Below are positions 44,899 to 55,800 of a DNA stretch of 64,000 nt, piece after piece. Below the pieces are notes generated by a model, which made no database searches, was not told where the DNA came from, and was given only the letters and a program-made list of their open reading frames with translations. A program made the position numbers and the translations under genes. Positions within the stretch are counted from its first letter, which is position 1. Each line of letters begins with the position of its first letter. Origin of the DNA: Candidatus Multivoradales bacterium (lineage in GTDB: Bacteria > Acidobacteriota > Thermoanaerobaculia > Multivoradales > J023); NCBI GenBank assembly GCA_965248925.1, contig CBDFLE010000006.1, positions 4,800,001 to 4,864,000 of the forward strand, read 5' to 3'.

Positions 44899-46875
44899 GT
44901 GCCAGGGCAATACAAGACCAAGCGGCTACGCTGCACTGGTGAGCAGCGTGAGAATTGGAAGGGCGACGGCACGATGGTCAACCTGTGGCAGGCCGATGTG
45001 ATGCACTTCTGGTACGGTCAGCAGTTCGACTCCGATACCTTCTTGGTTTATATGCCGACCCAGGTCGACTGCGATGGCACGATGGTGCAAGTCAGCCCAG
45101 ACGATGCCTTGGAGCTCAACTGGACGGTCTTTTCGCTGGTTGAGGAAGACTTCGCTCCGACCTCGGTGATGCGCGATGTGCAGGTCAACATGCCACAGTT
45201 GCCAGCCGGCGAAGTCGACGCTCCGGGTAATCGAGGCGGGATGGTGCGTTTTCCGTTCAAGGGTTTCGATTCCGTTTGGGTGCGGATCAATCCACGCACT
45301 AAAGTGTCGATGCGGCTCGCCATGCCGGCGCTGCGTTTCATCCGCGGCATTTACACCTGGGGTTGGAACGTCCATCCGCCCCGCATCCAGTTTATCCAGC
45401 CAATCGGTGAGCTGATCGACAAGAACGGTGACCGAGTGCCCGACTGGCAAGCGCACTCATTTATGCAACTCAATGCCGCGCTAACCCTCGACACCATCGG
45501 TGAAGCGGCGCCGGAGAAGAAGCTCTACCGAGTCGCCATGGCGGCCCTCGAAGACGGCGTTGATGCGGCGGCGATCGTCGCCATGCTGAACGATCCCGAG
45601 GTGGCGCCCAAGGTGGGAGTTTGGACCGGTTGGCTGAACATCATGGAGGACCAGCGGCAGCTGCCACCCGAAGCTCGGACGGTACTCGAAGCCGACGGCA
45701 AATCGGTTTCAGACTACGACTTCGTCACCGTCTACATGAACGACGAGATGTACGGCCAGAGCACCTTGTGCCACACCGTTCGTCAATGGTCGCAGGGCGA
45801 GGAAATGACCGTCCGGCTGATCAATCTCGACGCTCACACCCACTACTTTCGCAATGTTGGTTTCAGTGCGCCGCTCAACAACGAGGTCGCTAACGCTCTG
45901 GATGACGGCATCTTCAGCTTCGAGATCATGAATTTCAAGCCCCTCTACGTCTACGGCGCTCCCAAGGTGGCCGAAATGCAGTGGAGCGCCGGCTGGGGTT
46001 TTCGCCCGCACTACAGCACGGTGCAGCAAAAGGGGGTTTTCTCGCCTTCATCGGACCAGCGGGCTCTCAAGCCTTACTACGCTTGGAAGTTCGGTTTCCC
46101 ACTAAACGCCGCTGGCAACGAAACCAAGGCCGGCAAGGGTGGGATTTACTATGGCTATCAGTTCAAGAATGCCGCTACCCGGCCATTCTCCTTCAATCCA
46201 CCGGACTTCATTGTTGGCACGGTCGCCGATCGGGCGCCGGAGAAGTTGTGGGACCTGGGATATGCGCCACGGCGATTCGAAGGCGACGACTTGATCTACC
46301 GCCAGGTTTTTCTCAATCGAGCGCGGACTGACGTGCGGCAATTCGAGGACAAGCTCAGCCAGAGCGGTCAATTGCTAGTGCGGCCGGGACTGGTGATCGG
46401 CCAGACTACCGAGGGCTATGGTCAGGCGCAATTTTGTCCCGAGGCTCCGGCCGGCTTCTGCGACTTCGATGCCGCCCCGGCCCATCCGCTGGGATTCATG
46501 AATTACCCGGAGCCGACCAATCCGGACCTTGAGAAGACCGAGTTGCGTTTCCCGCCCTTCCTGCGCAGTCCGGCGCAGGGCGACCCCGAAGCCGGTGACA
46601 TCATTCCACCGACTCCGACTTGGGAACCGTTTCTATTCCTCAACCCGCGCAATGGCACGATTTGGAACGATCCTGACGATCCCTCCAAGGGCTATTGGGC
46701 CGACCACACCTACGCTCATGGTGCACCTCTCTTTGCGGGAGAGGTCAAGGACATTGTCATCGAAATGCCGCGCGCTCGCGGCCAGCTGTTCTATCAATTC
46801 GACGATCTATTCCACGACAACGCGATCTTCACGCCGCACCCGATCACCGATTCGGGTCTGACCGGCAACCAATAG
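44899..46875 (+). CDS. Hypothetical protein, probably N-terminally truncated by the IS
   Basis: Long ORF with coding-like codon use starting right at the IS end; YTWGWNVHPPR and FDDLFHD motifs. Confidence 0.65.
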   Translation: MPGQYKTKRLRCTGEQRENWKGDGTMVNLWQADVMHFWYGQQFDSDTFLVYMPTQVDCDGTMVQVSPDDALELNWTVFSLVEEDFAPTSVMRDVQVNMPQLPAGEVDAPGNRGGMVRFPFKGFDSVWVRINPRTKVSMRLAMPALRFIRGIYTWGWNVHPPRIQFIQPIGELIDKNGDRVPDWQAHSFMQLNAALTLDTIGEAAPEKKLYRVAMAALEDGVDAAAIVAMLNDPEVAPKVGVWTGWLNIMEDQRQLPPEARTVLEADGKSVSDYDFVTVYMNDEMYGQSTLCHTVRQWSQGEEMTVRLINLDAHTHYFRNVGFSAPLNNEVANALDDGIFSFEIMNFKPLYVYGAPKVAEMQWSAGWGFRPHYSTVQQKGVFSPSSDQRALKPYYAWKFGFPLNAAGNETKAGKGGIYYGYQFKNAATRPFSFNPPDFIVGTVADRAPEKLWDLGYAPRRFEGDDLIYRQVFLNRARTDVRQFEDKLSQSGQLLVRPGLVIGQTTEGYGQAQFCPEAPAGFCDFDAAPAHPLGFMNYPEPTNPDLEKTELRFPPFLRSPAQGDPEAGDIIPPTPTWEPFLFLNPRNGTIWNDPDDPSKGYWADHTYAHGAPLFAGEVKDIVIEMPRARGQLFYQFDDLFHDNAIFTPHPITDSGLTGNQ

Positions 46876-46975
46876 CGAGAGACCTTACCTGGAGGGCCGC
46901 GATCGCGGTCCCCCCAGGTTCCACCACTGAGCAGCTACCGCTGCGTTGCCAGCAATGTCGACCAGGGTTTGGCAA

Positions 46976-47590
46976 TCACTCGCGGGTGGAGATAATCTCC
47001 ATCGTCTTCACCGCCTCACCGCTGCGCAGGTCGAACATCTCGATCTCTTCTTTGCCATCGCCAGAGTTGCGGACGATGCTTTTTACTTTGGTCATCTCGC
47101 CGCTCATCGGGTCGGGGCTCGTGCCGTAGTACACCACCCCTCCCTCCTTCTCGCTCCATTTGCCCCACATGACGATGACGCCGGTGCTCATGTTGTCGGT
47201 CCAGGTCGTCCACCAGCGGTGGGTGGCGTTGTCGAAGCCGCTTTGGCTGGAGCCGCGGAAGGGTTGGCCGCCGAAGGATCCTTCGAAGCTTTCGAGCATG
47301 ACACGGCCATCGAGCGTCAGCTCGCGGTGGAACTTGCCCTGATTGATCTGCGGCTCGGCGCCGGGGGCCATCCAGACTTTGACCGTGGCCTGCCAATCCC
47401 CGGTCTGCTTGGCGAGTTCGGCGTGTTGCTCGCCAGGAGTGGCCGCTTTCTGCCAGGCAGCCATCATCGCCGCCGGGTCGGTGCTTTGGCCGTCGCCGTG
47501 GTCGTCGTCGCCATGGGCTTGGACTGCATTGGGCAAGGCGAAAAGGCTGAGCAGGAGGATGGCAAGAGAGGTCAAGGTCGTTCGGTACAT
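46976..47590 (-). CDS. DUF1579-family exported protein
   Basis: TPGEQH..L....G.W, GFDN......TW.DNMSTG; signal peptide. Confidence 0.8.
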   Translation of the reverse strand: MYRTTLTSLAILLLSLFALPNAVQAHGDDDHGDGQSTDPAAMMAAWQKAATPGEQHAELAKQTGDWQATVKVWMAPGAEPQINQGKFHRELTLDGRVMLESFEGSFGGQPFRGSSQSGFDNATHRWWTTWTDNMSTGVIVMWGKWSEKEGGVVYYGTSPDPMSGEMTKVKSIVRNSGDGKEEIEMFDLRSGEAVKTMEIISTRE

Positions 47591-47773
47591 AGCGGGCTCC
47601 TATTGAGTTAGTCTAGATTGGCGGATGGGTAGTAGATCCCGAATGGCAAGTGCTTGCCAAAGTTCCGCTTCTTTTACGCCCCCATTCAACACCAGCCTTT
47701 GTCTCATGTCAATCCGAGACCGAGATCTTGGGTTCGCGAGGGCTGCGGTCGGCGGCGAGGGAGGAAGGACATC

Positions 47774-50344
47774 ATGAAGGGACAACGGGCTGGATGGGGG
47801 TGGCGTTGCGCCATCTATTTGCTCTTGAGCTGGTGGGCGACGCCGCTACCGCCCGCCGCGCTGCTGGCAGCTCGGGCCTGGCGAGTCGGACGCCGCCGGC
47901 TGGCCGCCACCGTGGCCGGTTTGAGCTTCTTGGCCAGTCTGGCGGGCTGTTGTTGGGTGCTGCTGGCGCCAGTGGGCGCGATGGCGGCTTTTCTCGGTAT
48001 CTCGGTACTGTGGGCGTTGGCCGGCGTTCTGCTGGCCGTGATCGAGCGTCGCTTTGATTTGGCGCCGCGCCTGGCGCCGGTGACCGAGTCGCGGCTGGTC
48101 TATGTCATGGCCTGGAGCCTGTCGCTGACGGTCTCTTTTATGTGGCTTGCCTTTTTCCTGGCGCCAGCCCTCTACTCAGCGGGAATGGCTCTCTACACCA
48201 AGCCGTCGATGCCAGGACGAGTCTTGTTGGTGGGTTGTTTGAGCTTGCTGCCTTGCGGCGCGTTGGTCGGTTGGTGTTTGCGAGTCTTGCGGGCGCCGCT
48301 ACGGCTAGGCGCGGCGGCGCACCTGCCGTTCGCGGGCTGGACAACCATCACCCTCGGCATTCTCACAGTGGGTTTCGTCAGCCTGGTGCTGCGGGAAGTG
48401 GGCAGGATGCAGGAGATTGAGAGTTTTGAAGGCATCTGGATCTTCCGCGTCTGCGGCGGCGTCTTCTTTACGTTGGCTTGGCCGGTTGGCGCTTTGTGGG
48501 TCGCCCATGCTTGGGGATTCAAGAGTTACTGTCGTCGAGTTCTTGCCTTTACTGGCTTGGCGACTGCCTGTGGCTGCGTTCTGTTCTTGATGTCCGGCGC
48601 CCTACCCGCAAATCGGGCACTCGATGGGGCCGAGAAGGCGGCAGGTGCAGGCAACCATCGCGCTTCGGCCCGCGGCTATCGCTGGCTAGTTCGGCGACTT
48701 CCGTCGAGCGTTGAAGTAGCCAACACCGCTCTGCTCGGTGCCCGCGAGGCGTTTTTGGCGGGTGAGGTCGAGACCGCCAGGGAGTTCTTGGGCCTGGTTA
48801 GCGAGCAGCAAGACGAGCTGCCGCTGGGGCGGCAAGCAGCCACCGCCGACGCCCTCCTCCTCGCTACGTCTGGGATTGCTCCCGACCTTGGCAACCTGGA
48901 GAAGGTCGATGTAGAGCCGCTGGCAGTGGGCAACCAGCTGCCCCGCAAGTGGGCACTAACCTTGACCGCTCTGCGCACTCTCGAGCCGACCTTGGTGGAA
49001 AGCCGAATCAAGGCACGGCTGCAACAGATCTCTGGCTCGGCGGAGGAGCTAGAACTCGCCGAGCAGGTGGTGGTCGAGCAGATGTTGACCGCCGCCTCAC
49101 TCTTTGACGCCCGGCTGTTGGTCGTCGAATGGAGGCACCTGGGGGCGTTGTTGCAACGGGGCTTGCCGGTTCTGGCAGAGTTGGGCATTGACGATTGGCG
49201 GCTTATCTACTGGCGGGCCGCTGCCGCCGACGCGATTCTCTATCTCGACTACCTGAACTGGTCGACCGATGACCAGCCGGCAGATGCCGAGGAGGTGGCG
49301 CGGATCATCTCTGCCGACGAGTCGTCTGGCTCCGAGATTGGCGAGCGCCTGGCAATGCTGGCCAGGCTGGATGCTGAGTCGCGGGTGAAGGATGCGATGG
49401 CCACGCGGGGTGGCGCTTTGGTGGTCTTGGTTGCTGCCCAGGAGGCCGAGGGGCTGATCGCCGATCTGGATCTCGATCCGGCTGCCAGTGAACGATTGTT
49501 GACCTTGCGCCGAGCCCAGAGCGCTTTCGATGATGGTGATGCTGAGTACGCTTACCAACTAGCCATGCAATTGCCCGAGGGGCAGCCGCGGCGCGAGATT
49601 CTGGCCCTTTTGGCGCCGCGGGCGGAGTGGTTGCGACAAGCTGACGAGCTGGCGGTTGGGCGCAGCCAAGACGCTTTAACTAGCATTCGTGGAGAGCTCT
49701 CCGACGGCCATGGTTCGGGCTGGTTTCTCCACCGGGCCGTAGCGACCTTCGGCGCCGAGAATCCGCCGGACTGTAGCTTGATCCAGCAACTGCGGGGGTT
49801 ACGCACGGCGCGGATTCCTAGCCGCCAGCAACTGGCGACGCTGGCTACTGCTGCCTCCCGTCGCGGCGACCTCAAGGCTCTCGACCGGTGGGCTAGACAG
49901 CTGCTGCTTTTCGCCGCTGACGACGATGAGCAGCTGCTCGCCCTCTTAGCAACGGTGGCGAAGGCACCTGGAGTGGAGGCAGATCCCGAGCTGCGCGATC
50001 TACTGCAAAGAGTGCTCGGCAAGATCAGCTTTTGGGTGATTGATGCCGAGAGCGATTTCGGTTCCTTGCGTTCAGGTTTTTTTGGCTACCGCGCGGCGCG
50101 GGCGGTACTGGCGGATTCACCGGGCCAGCGGCTGCGATGGTGGCGGCGAGCGGCCGAGCAGGAGCCCAAGGATGCGGTGATTTGGCAACGTCTGGCCGCG
50201 GCCCTGGACGAGTTGGGTTTGGCGGCTGAAAGCGCCACGGCGGCACGGCACGCGCGGAGCGTAGCCATCCAGCTGCCCTGCTCAGCGCCACATTTGGCCG
50301 CTGCCGCTGGCGCGGATTCGATTCCTGGAGGGGCTCACTCATGA
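47774..50344 (+). CDS. Multi-pass membrane protein with TPR-like repeats and a degenerate C39-like domain
   Basis: About 10 hydrophobic segments, then helical repeats; LLQRGLPVLA segment parallels the neighbour gene. Confidence 0.6.
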   Translation: MKGQRAGWGWRCAIYLLLSWWATPLPPAALLAARAWRVGRRRLAATVAGLSFLASLAGCCWVLLAPVGAMAAFLGISVLWALAGVLLAVIERRFDLAPRLAPVTESRLVYVMAWSLSLTVSFMWLAFFLAPALYSAGMALYTKPSMPGRVLLVGCLSLLPCGALVGWCLRVLRAPLRLGAAAHLPFAGWTTITLGILTVGFVSLVLREVGRMQEIESFEGIWIFRVCGGVFFTLAWPVGALWVAHAWGFKSYCRRVLAFTGLATACGCVLFLMSGALPANRALDGAEKAAGAGNHRASARGYRWLVRRLPSSVEVANTALLGAREAFLAGEVETAREFLGLVSEQQDELPLGRQAATADALLLATSGIAPDLGNLEKVDVEPLAVGNQLPRKWALTLTALRTLEPTLVESRIKARLQQISGSAEELELAEQVVVEQMLTAASLFDARLLVVEWRHLGALLQRGLPVLAELGIDDWRLIYWRAAAADAILYLDYLNWSTDDQPADAEEVARIISADESSGSEIGERLAMLARLDAESRVKDAMATRGGALVVLVAAQEAEGLIADLDLDPAASERLLTLRRAQSAFDDGDAEYAYQLAMQLPEGQPRREILALLAPRAEWLRQADELAVGRSQDALTSIRGELSDGHGSGWFLHRAVATFGAENPPDCSLIQQLRGLRTARIPSRQQLATLATAASRRGDLKALDRWARQLLLFAADDDEQLLALLATVAKAPGVEADPELRDLLQRVLGKISFWVIDAESDFGSLRSGFFGYRAARAVLADSPGQRLRWWRRAAEQEPKDAVIWQRLAAALDELGLAAESATAARHARSVAIQLPCSAPHLAAAAGADSIPGGAHS

Positions 50345-52800
50345 CCGAGGCCAATCAGCGCCTACCGCTTCTTCGCCTGTTGATCTGTGGCATGTTCGCC
50401 AGCCCGGCCGTGGCGGTGGTCGAGGCGACGCGGGTCTGGCCGGCGAGGCGGGCCCGTTGGGCGATTCGCATCGTCACCGCGACACTGACTCTGCTGGTGG
50501 CCGCGCTGCTCTTTCTGCGGCCGATGCGCTGGCCGGTCGCCGCTGTTATCTGGGCGGCATTCTGTTTGCTTGGTTGTGGGGTGGCGCTGGTGGTGGCGTT
50601 TCGTGGCCGCTGGCCAGCGGCGGAGGCGTCCCGGGGGGGCTGGGGCCGCCAGTTTTTACAGGCCGCCGTGCCGCTGACCGTGGCGGTCATCAGTTTGCAG
50701 CTGGTCTGCTGGCTGATCGGCTGGGCGGTCATGGGCGAGTTGTTGGCGCGCTTCAGTCCGGAGCCAAAGGATCTGGGCGAATCGATGAGCAGCTTGTTCA
50801 TCGACTCGCTGTGGGCGGTGCCGGCGATGTGGATTTTTGCTGCCCTGGCTTTGCGTCGTGGGCGGCTGGATTCGGGGGTCGCGTGGCTGCGCGCGGTGGC
50901 CGCCTGGACGGTCTTTCTGGTCTTGCTCGAGCTGATCATGCTGGCGACCTTCGGGGTGTTGCGGACGCAGCTGATCGCGGTGGCGGGCTTTGACGACGGT
51001 GGTACCCAAATGTGGGTCATCAGACTGCTGCTGGGATTGAGTTCGGTGGCTTTTACTTCGCTGTTGGCTTGGGGACCGGGATCTTGGCCGCGGCGTTTGG
51101 TTGCCACAGTGGTCGCCATGCTGCTGGCGGTGTTGTCGTTGGGCATTCTCACCGGGGGCACGGGGCGGGTTCAGCTCGCCGTTGGCCGGGTGCTCGATCG
51201 GCAAGGTGAAATCGAAGCCTCCCTCACATGGTATGGACGGGCCTTGGTAGCCGGCGGCGGGGCGCCATTGCGCTCATATCTTCAGCATCGCATTGGCATT
51301 CTGCAGTACCGCCGCGGCAACCTCGAGCAGGCGGCGACCGCTTTTCGCTTGGTCAGCTCGACCCATGACGCCAACAGTACCTTGGTTCGCGAGAGTAACT
51401 ATTTTCTAGAACGTCTCGCGGTAGCCGGCAACAGTGAGGAAGCGGTCGCCGGTCGCCGGGTAGCGTTGGATGGTGTTGGCGTGACCACCCAGCGCCGTGC
51501 TGCCTATTGTGCTCCCAACACCATGGCGCTGGTGGCCAACCATTGGGGAGTTGGTTTGGATGTCGACACCATTGGCGAGCAGGTGGCGGCGATCGGCGGT
51601 GGAACCCATGCCTCGGCGATGCGTTTCTTATTCGCCGATCTGGGCTTGGAAATGTATCTCTATCCGCTGGCGTCCTTTGACGATGTGCGTTGGTTGATCG
51701 ATCATGGCTTGCCGGCTATGCTCTTCTTGCCCGGTCATGTAATGGCGGTTTATGGCTACGACGACCTGCTGGGTACTGCAGTGACTTACGACACCGCAAC
51801 CTGGGATCTGTGGGCGGAACAACCCTACCCAGACTTGCTAAGCCCTTGGTCGAATATGTTTTTCTTGCTCGGGGTGGTAGTGCCACGCGACGACTCGTCG
51901 CCGGCCGTGGTGGCAGCTCGTGATCGTTTCGGCGGTGCCCGCGCGGCGGCTGCTTGGCAGTGGTCATTGTACCGTGAAGAACCCAGCGGCACTGACCGAG
52001 AGCTGGCCTATCTAGAACGCGGGATTGTCGAGGATCCCACCTTGCTGCTCAACTCTTTCTATTTATTGGAACACACTGGCCTGACGCCGTGGATCGAGCA
52101 GCACGCGGACTACGCCGCCGTGACCGACCAGGCGCGGGCCATGCCCGATCGCCCGTTTGGCAGCAAGAGCCTGTTCTTCCGGGGCCTGGCCAGTTGGCAT
52201 TTTGATGCCGGGCGTTATCAGGATGTCTTGGCGGTAGCAGAGGATTTGCAACGCCGCGAGGGGCGGGTAGCGGAAGTCTCATCGCTTGCCGGGCGGGCGG
52301 CCGCCAAGCTCGGGCGCTGGCAGGAAACGACCTACTACTTGACAGAAGAAATCGCCAAAGTGGACGAGTATGGCGAAGAGACTCAACTCGGTCCGCGGGC
52401 CCATGCTGCTCTGGTGCGCGCTTACCATCAGCTCGGCGACCACGACCGGGTGGTTGCCGAGTTGCCCACCCTGGTATCGGCCAGCCAGGGCAAGGCGCTG
52501 ATAGAGGCGGTGAAGTTGGCGGAAACCTTGGCGGTGGATCGCAACAAAGGGTTCCTGGAAGACGTTTACTTCTACTATCTGGCCAAGCGGCCCGATGATG
52601 CCGAGCGCCAGCTCCGGTTCGCCAAGTTGATGCAGCACAGCGAGCGCAGTGTCGAGAATCGGCCCCACCGTCTGCAACTCGCTCGCCGGGCGGTGGCGTT
52701 GGCTCGTGCGCTGACCGACGATGCGGATCTGCGGCTCCGCTCCGAGTTGCTGGCGGCGGAGATCGACCAGGAACGGGCAGCCTTGCGGTTGGATCTCTAG
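50341..52800 (+). CDS. Multi-pass membrane protein with TPR repeats and a peptidase C39-like domain
   Basis: TM bundle; Q...YCAPNT, LIDHGLPAM..PGHVMAVYGYDD, YDT (Cys-His-Asp); ATGA overlap. Confidence 0.75.
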   Translation: MTEANQRLPLLRLLICGMFASPAVAVVEATRVWPARRARWAIRIVTATLTLLVAALLFLRPMRWPVAAVIWAAFCLLGCGVALVVAFRGRWPAAEASRGGWGRQFLQAAVPLTVAVISLQLVCWLIGWAVMGELLARFSPEPKDLGESMSSLFIDSLWAVPAMWIFAALALRRGRLDSGVAWLRAVAAWTVFLVLLELIMLATFGVLRTQLIAVAGFDDGGTQMWVIRLLLGLSSVAFTSLLAWGPGSWPRRLVATVVAMLLAVLSLGILTGGTGRVQLAVGRVLDRQGEIEASLTWYGRALVAGGGAPLRSYLQHRIGILQYRRGNLEQAATAFRLVSSTHDANSTLVRESNYFLERLAVAGNSEEAVAGRRVALDGVGVTTQRRAAYCAPNTMALVANHWGVGLDVDTIGEQVAAIGGGTHASAMRFLFADLGLEMYLYPLASFDDVRWLIDHGLPAMLFLPGHVMAVYGYDDLLGTAVTYDTATWDLWAEQPYPDLLSPWSNMFFLLGVVVPRDDSSPAVVAARDRFGGARAAAAWQWSLYREEPSGTDRELAYLERGIVEDPTLLLNSFYLLEHTGLTPWIEQHADYAAVTDQARAMPDRPFGSKSLFFRGLASWHFDAGRYQDVLAVAEDLQRREGRVAEVSSLAGRAAAKLGRWQETTYYLTEEIAKVDEYGEETQLGPRAHAALVRAYHQLGDHDRVVAELPTLVSASQGKALIEAVKLAETLAVDRNKGFLEDVYFYYLAKRPDDAERQLRFAKLMQHSERSVENRPHRLQLARRAVALARALTDDADLRLRSELLAAEIDQERAALRLDL

Positions 52801-52853
52801 GAGCCCCTATCGACCTCCGCCGAGCTGAGTAGGTCCATCAACCAGGAGAATCG

Positions 52854-55800
52854 GTGAGAATTCTACGACCGTTGACCGCATTGCTAGCCCTCATAATCTT
52901 GTCCGTGTTGGCCCCACTAGCGGCCGCGGCCGAGGAGGGCTATTACCGTTTCCCGGCGCTGCGGGGCGATACCGTGATCTTCACTGCCGAGGGAGACTTA
53001 TGGCGGGTGGCGGCCGCTGGCGGCGAAGCCCGGCGTCTGACCACCCATGCGGGCGAGGAGTCCCATGCGGCGATTTCCGCCGACGGTTCGCAAGTCGCAT
53101 TCTCGGCCCGTTACGAAGGGGGGCGGGAGGTCTATGTCATGGCCCTCGACGGTGGCTTGCCCAAGCGCCTGACCTGGCATGGTGACGACGCTCGGGTGGT
53201 TGGCTGGACGCCGGCTGGCCGAGTGCTTTATGCCACCGGCCATTTCGCCTCCCTGCCGACCATCGAGCTGGTGGAGATTGATCCGCGGAACGGTCGACGC
53301 TACCGCCTGCCCTTGGCCCAGGCCGACGAAGGGACCTACGACCCGCTCAGCGGCAGCTTGTACTTCACCCGTTTCCCCTTTCAAGGTAGCCACACCAAGC
53401 GCTACCGCGGGGGAACCGCGCAGAGCTTGTGGCGCTATGATCCAGGGGCCGAGGAGGCCCAGCCGCTGACCGCCGAACATGCCGGCACTGACCACCGGCC
53501 GCTGTGGTGGCGAGACCGCTTGCTCTTTGTCAGCGATCGCGACGGCACCCTCAATCTGTGGTCCATGGCTGGCGATGGCGGTGATCCGCGCCAACACACC
53601 CACCACGCCGACTGGGATGTGCGCTGGCCGGATCTGGATGGCGATCGGGTGATCTATCAACTCGGCGCCGACCTCTGGTTGCACGATCTGGCCAGCGGCA
53701 GTGAACGGCGACTGGAGATCCGCTTGATGTCGGATTTCGATCAGCAGCGCCAGCGCTGGATTCGTCATCCGTTGGAGTATCTGAGTGCCGCCCATTTGTC
53801 GCCCGATGGTGAGCGAGTGGTGTTGACCGCCCGAGGGCAGATTGTTGTCGTACCTCGGCGGCAGGGACGCCTGGTCGAAGTCGGTCAGTCCGGTTTAGAG
53901 CAACAGGCGGCGGTCCGCTACCGCAGTGCACGCTTCCTGGCCGCCGGCCAGTCGCTGGTTGCGCTGTCGGACGAGAGTGGTGAAGTTGAGTGGTGGCAGC
54001 TCGATGCCCGCGGTGTCGAAGCGCCGCGGCAGCTCACTCGCGACGGTCACACGCTGCGATTCGATGGTCTGCCGTCTCCGGATGGTCGGTTCTTGGCCTA
54101 CTACGACAAGAACGATGAGTTATGGCTCTTGGAACTTGCCACGGGCGATCAGAAGCGGCTCGCCAGCTCGCCTTATTTCGGTTTTGGCGACCTGGCCTTC
54201 TCAACCGATGGCAGTTGGCTGGCCTACGTCGTTCCGGCGGACAATTTCTTTACTCAGATTCGTCTCTATGAGCTTGCCACGGGCCGTGATTTGGCGCTGA
54301 CCAGCGACCGCTTCAACAGTGCCAGCCCGGCGTGGAGCCCGGACGGTCGCTGGCTCTACTTCTTTTCCGATCGTCATCTCGAATCGATCGTCCAGAGCCC
54401 CTGGGGCGCTTATGCGCCGCAACCCCACCTAGATCGCCGGACGCGGTTGTTTGCCATCTCGCTGCGGGCCCATGGGCGGCCCCCATTTGCTCCCGCCACG
54501 GAGTTGGTCAAGGAAGCGGAGGGTGAGGATCAAGAGGACGACAAGGCCAGGGCGCATCCACGGTCGGTTCCAACAGAGCCTCTGCAGATCGACCTCGAGG
54601 GTCTCGTGGGACGCCTCTGGGAGGTGCCGATCGAGCCTGGAAACTACCGCCGTTTGGCGGCCGGCGAGCGCCATCTCTACTGGCTCGCCCGTCTACCGCA
54701 GCTCAAAGACTCGACCCTCTTGGCGCTAAGACTCGGCCGCCAGGAGCTCAAACCGCGCAAGATCCTCGATCGCTTGCTCGACTATGAACTCTCGGCCGAT
54801 GGCAAACACCTACTGCTACGTCGCGAGCAGGGGCTGTGGGTCGTGCCGGCCAAGGGTAAGCCGCCAGAGAAGCTCGCCGAACACCGGCTGGCGCTCGACG
54901 ATTGGCACCTCTCGCTCGATCCGCGTCAGGAATGGCGGCAGATGTTTGTCGATGCCTGGCGGTTGATGCGCGACTATTTCTACGATCCCGGCATGCATGG
55001 GGTGGACTGGTTGGCGATGCGTGACAAGTATCTGCCCCTGGTCGATCGAGTGGCCGACCGCCGGGAGCTGAGTGCGCTGCTCGCCGAAATGGTGGGTGAG
55101 CTGTCGGCATTGCACCATTTTGTGCGCTCGGGAGATCCCCGTCAGGGTGAAGAAGAAGACATCCTACCGGCTTCCTTGGGCGCGCTGCTCGAGCCCACGG
55201 CCGAGGGACTGCAGGTGGTACAGCTCTATGACGGCGATCCAGACATGCCGGGAGAGCTCTCGCCGTTGTCGCGGCCGGGCGTCGAAGTAGGTGTCGGCGA
55301 TCTGATCGTGACCATCAATGGTGCCTCCACCATGGCGGCGACCGAGGTCGGCGAGTTGCTTCGGCGCCAAGCTGGCCGACAAGTTCTGCTCGGTGTTCGC
55401 GCGGCGCAGAACTCAGCACAAGACTCAGGGCCGCGGCAAGTGATCGTCGAGCCGCTGACACCGCGCCAAGCCTCCCGCCTACGCTACGCTCATTGGGAGT
55501 TTCAGCGCCGGCTACGGGTCGAGGACCTTGGCGATGGCAAGATCGGCTATGTCCATCTGCGGTCCATGGGTCGGCGCAGTTACAGCGAATGGGCGCGGCA
55601 CTATTTTCCGGTGGCGCAACGCCAGGGCTTGGTGATCGACCTGCGTCGCAACCGCGGTGGCAATATCGATAGCTGGATTCTCGGCAGCCTGCTGCGCCGC
55701 CCCTGGATGTGGTGGAAAGCTCGGACCGGTAAGTCGTATCCCAACATGCAATGGTCGTTCAGAGGTCACTTGGTGGTGCTGGTGGACGAGCGCACCGCTT

